The notes: generated by a model from the letters alone, not told the origin. Shown: positions 40,287 through 52,252, counted from the first letter of the whole stretch. The stretch: 63,903 bases of DNA, filler included, from Octopus bimaculoides (GCF_001194135.2; 6 parts of 5 records of this genome joined end to end with filler, not necessarily neighbours in it); one strand, 5' to 3'. Numbers and translations are program-made.

Positions 40287-40958
40287 TTGCAGTTCCGAAA
40301 TGCTGTTAATAGGAATTTTCCAAGAAATTCTCGCTATTTCCCTGTCATAAGCACACACATGGTTAGATTTGGATTTTCAAACACAAAAAATATCTCGCAA
40401 ATAATATCTACACATAATATTAGACTATTAAATTCGTATCCAGGTACTGATAGCAATAACATTAATTTCGACAATACAAACCATCACCATTATAACAATA
40501 ATATAGATTATAACCTAAATAACAATAATTATAATAAGAAAAATAATAATAATTACTACAATAACATTATTATTTCGGAAGTTAATAACAACAGAATTAG
40601 GATTTTAAGTGAAAATGTGAAATCCAAAAACACTGTGTATCAATGTAAAGTCACCACCTGTACCGATGTATTTTTGTATATAGGTTGCTCCTCATCGCAG
40701 TTATCTAAAAGAATTTCAAACCATTACTCTACTTTTAGGGATAGAAATAAACGCAACAGCACGCGTCTTAGTAAGTTAATTTGGGAACTTGAGGATAACA
40801 ATAAGCAATTTAATTTAGACTGGTTAATTCTCTCTACATCAATACCATACAATAAAGGTAAGGAATTTTGCCCGTTATGTAACATGGAACTGTTCTTCAT
40901 TTTGTTCTCGAAGAATAAACTGGTTAACACTATTATTGAAAGAGCATATATAACATAA
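40287..40958 (+). CDS. Penelope-type linker and GIY-YIG endonuclease (5'-truncated ORF)
   Basis: VYQCKV...YIG, KRISNHYSTF, STRLSKLIWEL, W.IL....Y...CPLCNME; upstream linker resembles the PLE consensus (FRNAVNRNFP...NISQIISTHN). Confidence 0.82.
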   Translation: MQFRNAVNRNFPRNSRYFPVISTHMVRFGFSNTKNISQIISTHNIRLLNSYPGTDSNNINFDNTNHHHYNNNIDYNLNNNNYNKKNNNNYYNNIIISEVNNNRIRILSENVKSKNTVYQCKVTTCTDVFLYIGCSSSQLSKRISNHYSTFRDRNKRNSTRLSKLIWELEDNNKQFNLDWLILSTSIPYNKGKEFCPLCNMELFFILFSKNKLVNTIIERAYIT

Positions 40959-41713
40959 TATCAACATTACTTTCAATAATGATCAATACGATGGGACTCC
41001 ACAACTATATACATTTGATTTCATTGCTCCTTCTTACATTCATCTCCCTTCAAAAAAATATATAAATATTTTTTTCCCCAACATTAAGTATAACATACTG
41101 CTCTACACAATATAGAACCCTTTACTTTATTTTATTCATAAGTATATCCTTGCATTAACACCTATTGAGCGTGGATATCGAAGTAAATTTTGGTACAGAT
41201 ATTAACTTAGTTCAAACAAGTAATTTTTTAACTCCATTAATTCTTTAACTTTCCCCCTTCTAATTTCCATTTCATTTAATAACACTCTCTCTCTCTTTAG
41301 ATCAACAGAGCATTTATTACCTTTATATATTGTTAAAACACTTGATCTCTTACTAGTACACACAAGCATCATTTACCTATATAACCATTACCTTTATTAC
41401 CACACGTTTATCGTGTGTATATATAAATGTCAACACTACAAGTATAAACACATGATTATTTCCCTTTTACATTTCCATTAAACATAACATACTTTTCTTC
41501 CAACTTTTAATCTGGTTTAAAAATTGTTCAATTTACTTTCAACTCCAGATTCTAATTTTCTCCGTTTTCTCCTTTTCTTCCTTCCTCGTCCAACGTACTG
41601 TCTCGTAGCGTTGCACCTTCCAAAGGTTTTATTCAAATAATCTATGTAGCGTTCTTCTCTACATGCAGTTCTCACATTCGATAATTATGTCTTACGGTTG
41701 AGTTGATTTTTCT

Positions 41714-41806
41714 GTATTTCCCTGAAGAGAAGATGACATCTTTTTCAACATCATTCATTCCCATGAAATGAACCAATTGTAATCTTCGAAACATATGTCG
41801 TAAGTA
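41714..41806 (+). ncRNA. Type-I hammerhead ribozyme motif in the pLTR
   Basis: CTGAAGA at 41722-41728; stem II GAAGAT (41729-41734) with ATCTTC (41782-41787); GAAAC at 41788-41792; ATAT loop; GTC at 41797-41799. Stem I pairs 6 of 7 positions including one G-U. The antisense copy at ~39770-39860 has GGC at the cleavage triplet. Confidence 0.72.
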
Positions 41807-42068
41807 AAGGAAATTATTTAACACATGTGTATAATTCCATTTATTTAATCTTATATTTATACAAAATGCCTCACATCAACAGGGAGTTTCTACCTTATAA
41901 ACAGGAGTTAGATCCAAGTTATTTTGTGAACTTTGCTACCCTAGTAACTATTAACCAATTTCATTTGTCAGAGTTAATTGTTAACTAAGAGAAAATAAAT
42001 ACATATAATTAAATATACAAATATATATATATATAATGTATAGCATATATATATATATATATATATAC

Positions 42069-43328
42069 TGGAATCGAAGGGCCTTAGAGTCAACCTAGCT
42101 AAAACCAGACAAAACAAAAACCCCTTCGGGTAAATGGCTCTGCTCGATCTGTAGAGAAGGCGTAGGTAAAAACTCTATAAGATGCACCCAGTGCAAGCTT
42201 TGAACACATAAGAGGTGCAGGAATATCAAAGGAAGGTTAACTAGGAAGTTGGTTTTCGTTTGTAGCAGATGTTCAGGAGCTATAAGCACTGTGAATGTGC
42301 AGAAAATAACTTCTGCCACATTCCAGGGAGAAAAACTAGAGGTCGTTGATAGCTTCCGCTATTTTGGTGACCAAATTAGTAGTGGGGGAGGGTGCGCTGA
42401 AAGCGTAGCTGCTAGAATGAGAATACCATGGGCAAACTTCAGAGAGCTCTTACCTCTGCTGGCAACAAAGGGTCTCTCTCTCAGAGTAAAAGGCAGACTG
42501 TATGACGCATGGGTATGAACAGCCATGCTTCATGGCAGTGAAACATGGGCCGTGACTGCTGAGGACATGCGTAGGCTCACAAGGAATGAAGCCAGTATGC
42601 TCCGATGGATGTGTAATGTCAGTGTGCATACTAGACAGAGTGTTAATACCTTGAAAGAAAAGTTGAACTTACGAAGCATCAGTTGTGTGCAAGAGAGACG
42701 ATTGCGCTTGTATGGTCATGTAGCGAGAATGGATGAGGATAGCTGTGTGAAAAAGTGCCACACCCTAGCTTTTGAGGGAACCTGTGAAAGAGGTAGGCCC
42801 AAGAAGACTTGGGATGAGGTGGTGAGGCACGACCTTCGAACATTGGACCTCACCGAGGCGATGACTTCTGACCGAGACCTTTGGAAATATGTTGTGCGTG
42901 AGAAGACCCGGCAAGCCAAGTGAGACCTAAATTGAAGGCCTCAGGCAGCCCACTTATACGTACCTTCCTTCATTGGACACTAAACTCCACTTGCGAAGAC
43001 CTGTCGAGGCAAGTGAAATCGAAATCGAATTAAATTCGATGACTGGCACCCATGCCAACGTCGTATCCTTCACTGGAAACGAAAGTCGGCTTGTGAAGAC
43101 CTATTGGGGCAAGCGAAAGCGAAACCGTCAATGGCACCTGTGCCCAGCATCGCCTTCCTGGCACTTGTGCCAGATGGCAGGTGTAAAGACATTCGAGCGT
43201 GATCGTCGCCAGTGCCGCTGAACTGGCTCCTGTGCGGGTGGCACGTAAAATATACCATTTTGAGCGTGGCCATTGCCAGTACTACCTGACTGGCCTTCGT
43301 GCCGGTGGCATGTAAAAGCACCCACTAC
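42069..43328 (+). mobile_element. RTE-like LINE copy C, 5'-truncated (PHD, RT C-terminus, 3' UTR)
   Basis: PHD at 42141-42272, then VVDSFRYFG, MLHGSETW, RGRPKKTW, stop at 42923; the UTR runs into a gap. Confidence 0.92.
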
Positions 43329-43439
43329 NNNNNNNNNNNNNNNNNNNNNNNNNNNNNNNNNNNNNNNNNNNNTTAATTAATTAANNNNNNNNNNNNNNNN
43401 NNNNNNNNNNNNNNNNNNNNNNNNNNNNATTTTTTCCTT

Positions 43440-43910
43440 TGTTTCAAGTCATTGCATATTGGGGATATGCTGTGGTGCTACCGCCTTGAAGACTTCTAGT
43501 CGAATGAATTGACCCCAGCCGATTACTTACTCTATCGATCACTTTTGCGAACTGTTAAGTTACGGGGACGCCAACACACAAACAGCGATTGCCAATAATA
43601 ACTAGAAGAGATACCCAGCCTTGCTCGGGATTAAAATAGCATATATTTTTTTTGATTTACTTGTTTCAGTCATGTGACTGCGGCCATGGTGGAGCACCGT
43701 CGTTGGTCGAAGAAATCAACCACAGGATTTATTCTTTGTAAGCCTAGTACTCATTCTGTCAGTGTCTTTTACCAAACCGCTAAGTTACAGTTGTCAAGGA
43801 ATGGTGGGAGTACAAACACAAGACACAGGCACATATATACGACAGTCTTCTTTCAGTTTCCGAGTACGAAATCCACTCACAAGATTTTGGTCAGCCTGAG
43901 ACTATAGTAA
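43440..43910 (-). mobile_element. SINE family C pieces around a Helitron 3' terminus
   Basis: Segments homologous to 46110-46497 at 43440-43590 and 43650-43910. Confidence 0.65.
43602..43640 (-). mobile_element. Helitron 3' terminus
   Basis: Minus strand CCCGAGCAAGGCTGGGTATCTCTTCTAG-T: imperfect hairpin plus CTAG, similar to 53868-53895. Confidence 0.6.
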
Positions 43911-45084
43911 GCATATATATATACATATACATATTGTATACGTGGGTGTGAGTTGCGTCTTAGGAAGCAATAAAAAAATATAATAAATGGCCGATTCCGG
44001 GCATTTTCGACCATGAGGAATCCATTGGTGCGACTCCCAGATTGCTATCTTGTAAGGTGTGGATTTCTATAGATGCAACACACACACACAAACTCACCTA
44101 TACAATATGTATAGAAGATAGATATATGTAGATAGATTATGGGATTAGTGGCACTTGTTGCACTAAACAAGTGGTCCTCAACCATTTTGTACCTGTGGAC
44201 TCTTTTAATTCCTAGTTTTCTTGGGTGAACCTTCAGAGCCATTCAATGTTTAAAAAATCTGGTTATATTTTTATAATTAGATATTATTGGAAACTGTGTA
44301 AGAAATTGTTAAACTATTTTGTGTGCTGTGAGTTCAAATTCTGTTGAGGTCAACTTTGCATTTCATCCCTTTGGTGTGGTTGGTAAAATAAAGTCAAGTG
44401 TTGGGGTCATTGTAATTGACTTGTCCCCTCCCCTCAAAACTGCTGGTCTTGTACCAAGCAATTGACCAGTGTCCTTTTCAGTAGATTGGAGGGGCATTTA
44501 GCTGCTATTTCAAACAACTCTAGCTATCACGTACACTTCAATTTTCATCAGCTAATATATAAATATGTATGGAGTTAGAAGAGACGGTATGGTGTTGTTT
44601 CAACATAGATTTGGCTGCTATATCTAGCAGCTCTGGCATTCATTTACATTTTACACATCATTAATTTAATTTTCTCATTAAATTTAACTTTAATTTGAAT
44701 TTAAGTATTACAGTGAAATTAATACAACAGCCAAAACTAGTGACAAACACACACTTCAATATAAAGTATGCTAGAAACAACAGCTATATAAAAGTATTTC
44801 ATATTTTTTTACAAAGTTTCCTTTCCAGAAATATGTGTCCTTGTTAGGCTTGTGCATCAGTACAAGAAACTGAGTGAATATGTGGGGGGTGGGGTCGAAT
44901 TTCTGAAATAAAATCTGTGAGACTGGTGCCCCCAAATCAGCATAAGCAACAAGAGTATGGATGTATTTGGCAGAGGAAGGAATGGAACCCACATTTAGGA
45001 GAATATCTTTGCGTAGTTTAGAAGTGTTTGAGGAAAGACGATTGGGAACAAACGAATGGATTGATATGTATGTATATACATATG

Positions 45085-45121
<37 letters not shown>

Positions 45122-45156
45122 ACCCATCTAAATATACAACATGTATCCATGTACAG

Positions 45157-45540
45157 GTGTGGCTGTGTGGTAAGAAGGTTGTTTCCCAACCACACGCTCA
45201 GGGTTCAATTCCACTGCGTGACAACTTGGGCAAGTGTTTTCTACTTCAGAACTTATTCATTGTAAGCATCGTACTTATTCTGCCGATCACTGTTGGCGAA
45301 CCGCAAAGTTACAGGGATGTAAACACACCAACATCAGTTGTTAAGCAATGGTGAGTGGACAACCACAGACACACGAATGCATACATATATAGAAGCTTCT
45401 TTCAGTCTCTGTCTACCATATTCTCTCACAGGGATCTGGTTTTCCTGAGGCTATAGTATAAAACACTGGCTGAAAGTGCCACTCAGTGGGACTGAACTTG
45501 GGACCATGTGGTTGGGAAGCAAGCTTCTTATCACAGCCAT
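45157..45540. mobile_element. Inverted SINE family C pair (+ head 45157-45245; - copy 45255-45540)
   Basis: Heads at both ends in opposite orientation. Confidence 0.75.
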
Positions 45541-46109
45541 GATTGCACCTGTATGTATATACAAACAAACATCAGTCTATATAGATATATATACATATAT
45601 CTATCTATCTATATATCAGTCTATATGTGTATATATATACATTCATACATATATATATATATAGTTTAAATTTATAGCAAAACAAAAGACGAAACCAGAT
45701 GTAGGATCAACAAGCAAGTGTATTAGTTTGACACTCAGAAAAATGGAAGAAAGAGTAAAACAAAATACATCGAGAGAGAATGAAAACAATGTGTAGAGTT
45801 CAGAGCTCCATCATCATATATGTATGTATATATTTGATTTTGCTTATAATAAATTCTATTAAAGTTTATTAAAGGGTACATCTCCATTTTCTTGTTTTCA
45901 TTTGAATGATTATAAACCACGGTTTATATGTAAACCTATTATTTTCCCTAAACATGTTAAGTATTTAATCAGTAACTCTTTGAATGGTGCCATCCCTTAA
46001 CTGAGGCCAATTTAACCTCTAATTGAACTTATATATATATGAAAACATCCAAGATTGCATTCTGATAGGAAAAAGGAAAACAGCCAAAGGTGCTGCTTCA
46101 CCTTTTTAA

Positions 46110-46497
46110 GTGGCTGTGTGGTAAGTAGCTTGCTTACCAACCACATGGTTCTGGGTTCATTCCCACTGTGTGGCACCTTGGGCAAGTGATTTCTACTATA
46201 GTCTCGGGCCGACCAAAGCCTTGTGAGTGGATTTGGTAGACGGAAAACTGAAAGAAGCCCGTCGTATATATGTATATATATATATATATGTGTGTGTCTG
46301 TTTGTCCCCCCAACATCGCTTGATAACTGATGCTGGTGTGTTTACATCCCCACAACTTAGCGGTTTGGCAAAAGAGACCGATAGAATAAGTACTAGGCTT
46401 CCCAAAAAATAAGTCCTGGGGTCGATTTACTTGACTAAAGGTGGTGCTCCAGCATGGCCACAGTCAAATGACTGAAACAAGTAAAACAATAAAGAGT
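46110..46497 (+). mobile_element. SINE family C, full length (CORE-like), with an internal (TA)/(TG) microsatellite
   Basis: tRNA-like head, GGCACCTTGGGCAAGTG segment and A-rich tail; inverse copy at 56401-56786. Confidence 0.9.
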
Positions 46498-47227
46498 AGA
46501 GTAAATAACACGGTGATTGTGCTGATGATGATGATGATGAAGGTGATAATGCTGTTGTTGTTGTTGTTGGTGTAAGTATTCGCATTCATACTAAAGAAAG
46601 TGAAGTTTATATTGAACAATGCATATTCATTAGAAAAATTACAGTTTCTAAGGGTTTTAAAAACAAAACCCTTCAGATGACCCTGAATCAGTAAATGAAT
46701 GTGTTATCAGTTTGCAAAGAGGTTTCAATTAGATTTATATTTGTCTAAAGTCAGTGTAGCTATTGTGACACAAAAGTGGATTGTTAAATGTTGAGAGGAA
46801 GGGAGTGGAAAGGAAACCAAAAGAAGAACAAGGATCAAATGATTTCAGAGTGATTATTTGGAGAGAGAGATATAGAATGAGAGAGTGATAGAAAGAACGA
46901 GAGAGAGAGAATGAGGTTGTGTACAAGAAAACAAAAACAATACACAAAGCAAGTGTGTGTGTGCAATAAACATTGAGCATTGTCAAATTTGAAGACCAAC
47001 AATACACAGCAATCTACGCTGATTGTAGTGTATGTATGTGTGTGTGTGTGTGTTTACAATATGTGAATATTTGCATTTTGGGGACCAGTGTGTAAACAAA
47101 ACACTTGAGTTGTTGAAAAATGTAAATGAATGCTTTCTCAGTTGCAAACAACTGGAATTATTTCAAAATGGATTGCGAGATCTTAAGAGAGAGTAAGTGA
47201 AAATCAAATCCAAAATAACAACAGGAG

Positions 47228-47508
47228 TGTCATTGTGATAAGAGGCTTGCTTTCCAACCACATGGTTCCAGGTTCAGTCCCACTCTGTGGCACCTTAAGT
47301 AAGTGTCATCTATAACCAAACGTCCGCCTTCCATGCTAGCATGGGTTGGACGATTTGACTGAGGACTGGTGAAACTGGATGGCAACACCAGGCTCCAATC
47401 TAATTTGGCAGAGTTTCTACAGCTGGATGCCCTTCCTAACGCCAACCACTCAGAGAGTGTAGTGGGTGCTTTTATGTGTCACCCGCACGAAAACGGCCAC
47501 GCTCGAAA
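47228..47508. mobile_element. SINE C head (+) fused to a PHD-RT LINE 3' UTR fragment (-, 47318-47508)
   Basis: Matches 46110-46200 and 33979-34120. Confidence 0.75.
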
Positions 47509-48455
47509 TATATATATATATATATATACGTGGGTGTGTGTATATGAGAAAGAAAGAGAGAGAGAGTAAGAGGAGAGATATAATATCCAGGTAAATACAG
47601 AAATGTCAAGGCTGGTTCCTTCAGATGGTGCATTTTATGGTAAATTTCCTTTTGCTCTCATCCAATGTTACAGTTTTTTCCTGGCTACTTAGAGTGTAAA
47701 GTACAATATTGATAATAAGGGGAATGAAGAATTTGAACATTCAAACTTTGGGATTATTTAACAGTTGGTTTAATCATAATGATTGTCCACCATATGTTTC
47801 GATCACATTAACCTACATGTATGTTTCAGTACCATCCTCTCGNNNNNNNNNNNNNNNNNNNNNNNNNNNNNNNNNNNNNNNNNNNNNNNNNNNNNNNNNN
47901 NNNNNNNNNNNNNNNNNNNNNNNNNNNNNNNNNNNNNNNNNNNNNNNNNNNNNNNNNNNNNNNNNNNNNNNNNNNNNNNNNNNNNNNNNNNNNNNNNNNN
48001 NNNNNNNNNNNNNNNNNNNNNNNNNNNNNNNNNNNNNNNNNNNNNNNNNNNNNNNNNNNNNNNNNNNNNNNNNNNNNNNNNNNNNNNNNNNNNNNNNNNN
48101 NNNNNNNNNNNNNNNNNNNNNNNNNNNNNNNNNNNNNNNNNNNNNNNNNNNNNNNNNNNNNNNNNNNNNNNNNNNNNNNNNNNNNNNNNNNNNNNNNNNN
48201 NNNNNNNNNNNNNNNNNNNNNNNNNNNNNNNNNNNNNNNNNNNNNNNNNNNNNNNNNNNNNNNNNNNNNNNNNNNNNNNNNNNNNNNNNNNNNNNNNNNN
48301 NNNNNNNNNNNNNNNNNNNNNNNNNNNNNNNNNNNNNNNNNNNNNNNNNNNNNNNNNNNNNNNNNNNNNNNNNNNNNNNNNNNNNNNNNNNNNNNNNNNN
48401 NNNNNNNNNNNNNNNNNNNNNNNNNNNNNNNNNNNNNNNNNNNNNNNNNNNNNNN

Positions 48456-48498
<43 letters not shown>

Positions 48499-48765
48499 AT
48501 ACATATATAATATATATATATCCATACATATATATATAGATACATACATACATATATATATATCCATACATACATACATACATATATATATATGCACACA
48601 TACATATTAGTTCCTGGTAGCATAAGAAATGCCAGTTTCACAACAGTAACACCATAGTTATGTTACTGTCATGAAACCTGGATTTTTACACATACATGTA
48701 TATATATATACATACATGTGTATATATAAACATGTGAATGCGTATGTATATATATATATATATAA

Positions 48766-49147
48766 ATTATTTAAAAGAGTTCCAACTCTGTCTGTTTTTT
48801 ATGTTTTATTTATATTCTTATAAAATTAATGTGGGATATAGAATATGGAATATATAAGATAAATAGTAAAATGAAATGAAGTATTGAATGTCTTATTGAA
48901 TATATGAAATATTGTGTATTAAATATATAAGGACTAGAATACTTTCCGATGAATGCCATGAGGCAGGAAAGTATACTAGTCCTTATATATTTAATACTCA
49001 ATATTTCATATATTCAATAAAACATTCAATACTTCATTTCATTTTACTATTTATATTATATATTCCATATTCTATATCCCACATTAATTTTATAAGAATA
49101 TAAATAAAATATAAAAAACAGACAGAGTTGGAACTCTTTTAAATAAT
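48766..49147. repeat. Near-perfect palindrome: 182-bp arms, 18-bp spacer
   Basis: 48766-48947 is the reverse complement of 48966-49147, with about half a dozen mismatches by eye. Confidence 0.95.
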
Positions 49148-49204
49148 ATATTCCTCTATACACAATCATACAAAACCCTTTTTTATATTTATTTTTATAT
49201 TTTT

Positions 49205-49253
<49 letters not shown>

Positions 49254-49394
49254 CACACACATACACACACACACATACATATATAAAAATAGGCATATCT
49301 GTATATATGTGTGTGCATTTATGAGAAGGTTGTGTTATTTCAGGAAAATTTATTATTTGTAACAAATTTTGATATCATTTAAAGTTCTCACCCA

Positions 49395-49682
49395 TTCGAC
49401 TGCGGCCATGCTGGAGCACCACCTTTAATCAAGCAAATTGACCCCAGGATTTATTCTTTGTAAGCCTAGTACTTATTGTATCAGTCTCTTTTCTTAAACT
49501 GCAAAGCTATGAGGGACATATATATATGCCGGGCTTCTATCAGTTTCCATCTACCAAATTTACTTACAAGGCTTTGGTTGGCCTGAGGCTATAGTAGAAG
49601 TCACTTGCGCAAGGTGCCACACAGTGGGACTGAACCCAGAGCCATGTGGTTGGTAAGCAAGCTACTTACTACACAGACACTC
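49395..49682 (-). mobile_element. SINE family C (internally deleted)
   Basis: Homologous to 56401-56786. Confidence 0.8.
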
Positions 49683-50309
49683 CTACAGCTATACACACAT
49701 AGAAATGTATATACACACACAGACATTTATGTATAAATGTGTATCTCCATCTATATATACATACATACAAATAGATGTATACACACACACACACATGAGG
49801 AGGCAATGCCTACTACTCCCTGATATATTATAAGTATCCTCTTAACTGTTGCCATATTTTCATTGCTATTCGAGCGAAGCAGACTCACAGAATATTTCTG
49901 AGATAGAAAGACTTCAAGCCGAAATCAAAACCCAATAACTGACTCTGGTAAATAATATTCTTCTGATATTTATGTATTTAATACACAATTTACCAACACA
50001 TTTACATTGCTAAACATTCATTAGACTTATTTCAAACATAAATATGCTGTTATATAGATATTGTTTTATTTTCACACACCATTTTATAGACTAGACATTG
50101 TTTAAACATTTTACAGTGTCACATCACAAGTAAAACATTTCATTTCCAGAATATAATAGAAAGTATAGTTGTGTTATAACTATGTCAAAACTATTTGATG
50201 GAAATGTTCNNNNNNNNNNNNNNNNNNNNNNNNNNNNNNNNNNNNNNNNNNNNNNNNNNNNNNNNNNNNNNNNNNNNNNNNNNNNNNNNNNNNNNNNNNN
50301 NNNNNNNNN

Positions 50310-50511
50310 GCAAGTGTTGGTGGACTTGTTCATCAAGTTCAACACAGCCATCCCTTCCACTGCTGCAGCTGAATGTTTATTTTCCATGGGCAAGGACATC
50401 TTGAGTGCCAAGAGATCGTCCTTGACTGATGAAAATTTTAGTATGTTAATTTTCATGAAGGGCAACATGAATCTCATCAACCAAATGGAGGAGATGAAGA
50501 GGAAAAATTAA
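50310..50511 (+). pseudogene. hAT transposase C-terminal dimerisation-domain fragment (second hAT family)
   Basis: LFIKFNTAIPSTAAAECLFSMGKDILSAKRSSLTDENFSMLIFMKGN. Confidence 0.85.
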
Positions 50512-50641
50512 ATTATGTATATACCATGTTTTTCATTTTTTAATTTGTTTTTTTTTTTATAGCCACTTTATCAATAAACTTATTTTTAGCTTAATACTAA
50601 TTTTGTGTTTCATTTGAGTTTTTCTTTACTCTTTTCTGGCC

Positions 50642-50841
50642 CTAAACTTTAAAAAGGGGCCAAAACTGAAATCAGCCTTTTTTAGGACCTTTAAAATTTG
50701 AAACTATAAAATCAGCGTTTTTTAACTCTAAAGCAAAAAAAACAAAAAAAACCCCCATAGTTTTTGGGGTTCTAAAGCCCTCAAAAAGGCCCAAAAAGCT
50801 GATTTTATGGTTTTGGCACTTTTTAACCCTTTAATGTTTAA
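50642..50841. repeat. Imperfect fold-back (MITE-like or hAT subterminal repeats)
   Basis: CCAAAACTGAAATCAGC (~50660-50676) versus GCTGATTTTATGGTTTTGG (~50797-50816). Confidence 0.45.
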
Positions 50842-51462
50842 ATCAACCAAAACCTGTTGTATCTAATTCCTCTACGAAATCTTTTTAAAAAATAAATCAT
50901 GTTCATGAATCCTTGTAGCTTTGAGATAATGTGAAGGCTTTTCTTCCAGAAAGCACAGAACTGGGAGAAAAGCAAAATTAACTGAGATGGATATCAATAG
51001 AGAAAATATTAACTTCCATAAAGTGGCAAAAATAAATGGAAGGAAAAAAGTTGGTAAATATTTCGGTGTGAATGCAAATAGCTATTACAAGGTAGCAGGG
51101 CATGCTAGAAATAGCAGCCAAATCTTTCCTTTTCTGGAAAAAGGAGCTATTTATGCATGATTTCGATGTCACATTCATTGAAAGCTCGTAACAGCACAAC
51201 TAAATTCATTAGTATACTCATTGCTGACCTTCACCTTATTGACAGCATCACAGTACATGGGTTGGATGGCACTTACCAGCCACCACCTATCCCTAGCTTC
51301 AGCAGCAACCACAAGATATGAGGTTGAGGGGTGGTGTCAAAGGATGTCTCCATGCCAACATATACACAATACATACAAAAGAAAAATAAAGTAAAAAAGA
51401 GCTAAGAAAAACAACTCAGAGCAGGAATTTGGGCAATAAAGGCAAATAAATTTATCGTCTTC

Positions 51463-51824
51463 GGCACTCCATCAGTTACTATGACGAGGGTTCCAGTTGA
51501 TCCGGTCAATGGAACAGCCAGCTCATGAAATTAACGTGCAAGTGGCTGAGCACTCCACAGACATGTGTACCCTTAATGTAGTTCTTGGGGAGATTCAGTG
51601 TGACAAGGCTGACCCTTTGAATTACAGGCACAACAGAAACATGAAGAGTGAGAGAAAGTTGTGGAGGAAGAGTACAGCAGGGTTCGCCACCACCCCCTGC
51701 TGGAGCCTCGTGCTGCTGTAGGCGTTTTCGCTCAATAAACACTCGTAATGCCCAGTCTGGGAATCGAAACCGTGATCCTCTAACCATAAGTCTGCTGCCC
51801 AAACCACTGGGCTATTGCACCTCC
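51463..51824 (-). mobile_element. SINE family A
   Basis: Homologous to 8559-8951. Confidence 0.88.
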
Positions 51825-51879
51825 ACAAATAAAGTCATACTAGATACCGTACAAGATAAATTCATCATTTATTGAAACA

Positions 51880-52252
51880 ATCCTTGACAACCTGAATTTT
51901 CACACTGATACAGTTAATGCAGTATATGAATATATGTTTTTTGTTAAGTGATTCCATTGGGGGAAGGCGCTGCCACAGATAACACACTGATATGGTTTTT
52001 GTCCTGTATGAGTAAATTTGTACTTAGTCAAATCAAAAGAATGATTTACTACAGATAGCTAAGCAATCATTTTGAAAGAATGATTTACCACAGATATGAC
52101 AATGATATGGCGCTTATCTTGTGTGAATATATTTGTGTAATGTTAAGCAACTACTTTGAGAGAATGATTTACCACAGGTATCACAGTGATATGGATTCTC
52201 TCATGTATGACTTATTTTGTGTACAGTTAAGCCATCATTTCGAAGAAATGAT
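51880..52252 (-). pseudogene. Decayed C2H2 finger repeats downstream of the ZNF stop codon
   Basis: [36 protein letters not shown] and THTGQKPYQCVICG pieces with stops and indels. Confidence 0.85.

Larger units (their letters stand above)
39718..41857 (+). mobile_element. Penelope-like element remnant: inverted pLTR, linker plus GIY-YIG, 3' region, pLTR
   Basis: Inverted repeats ~39718-40012 and ~41562-41857 flank the GIY-YIG ORF. No RT motifs are recognised. Confidence 0.85.
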
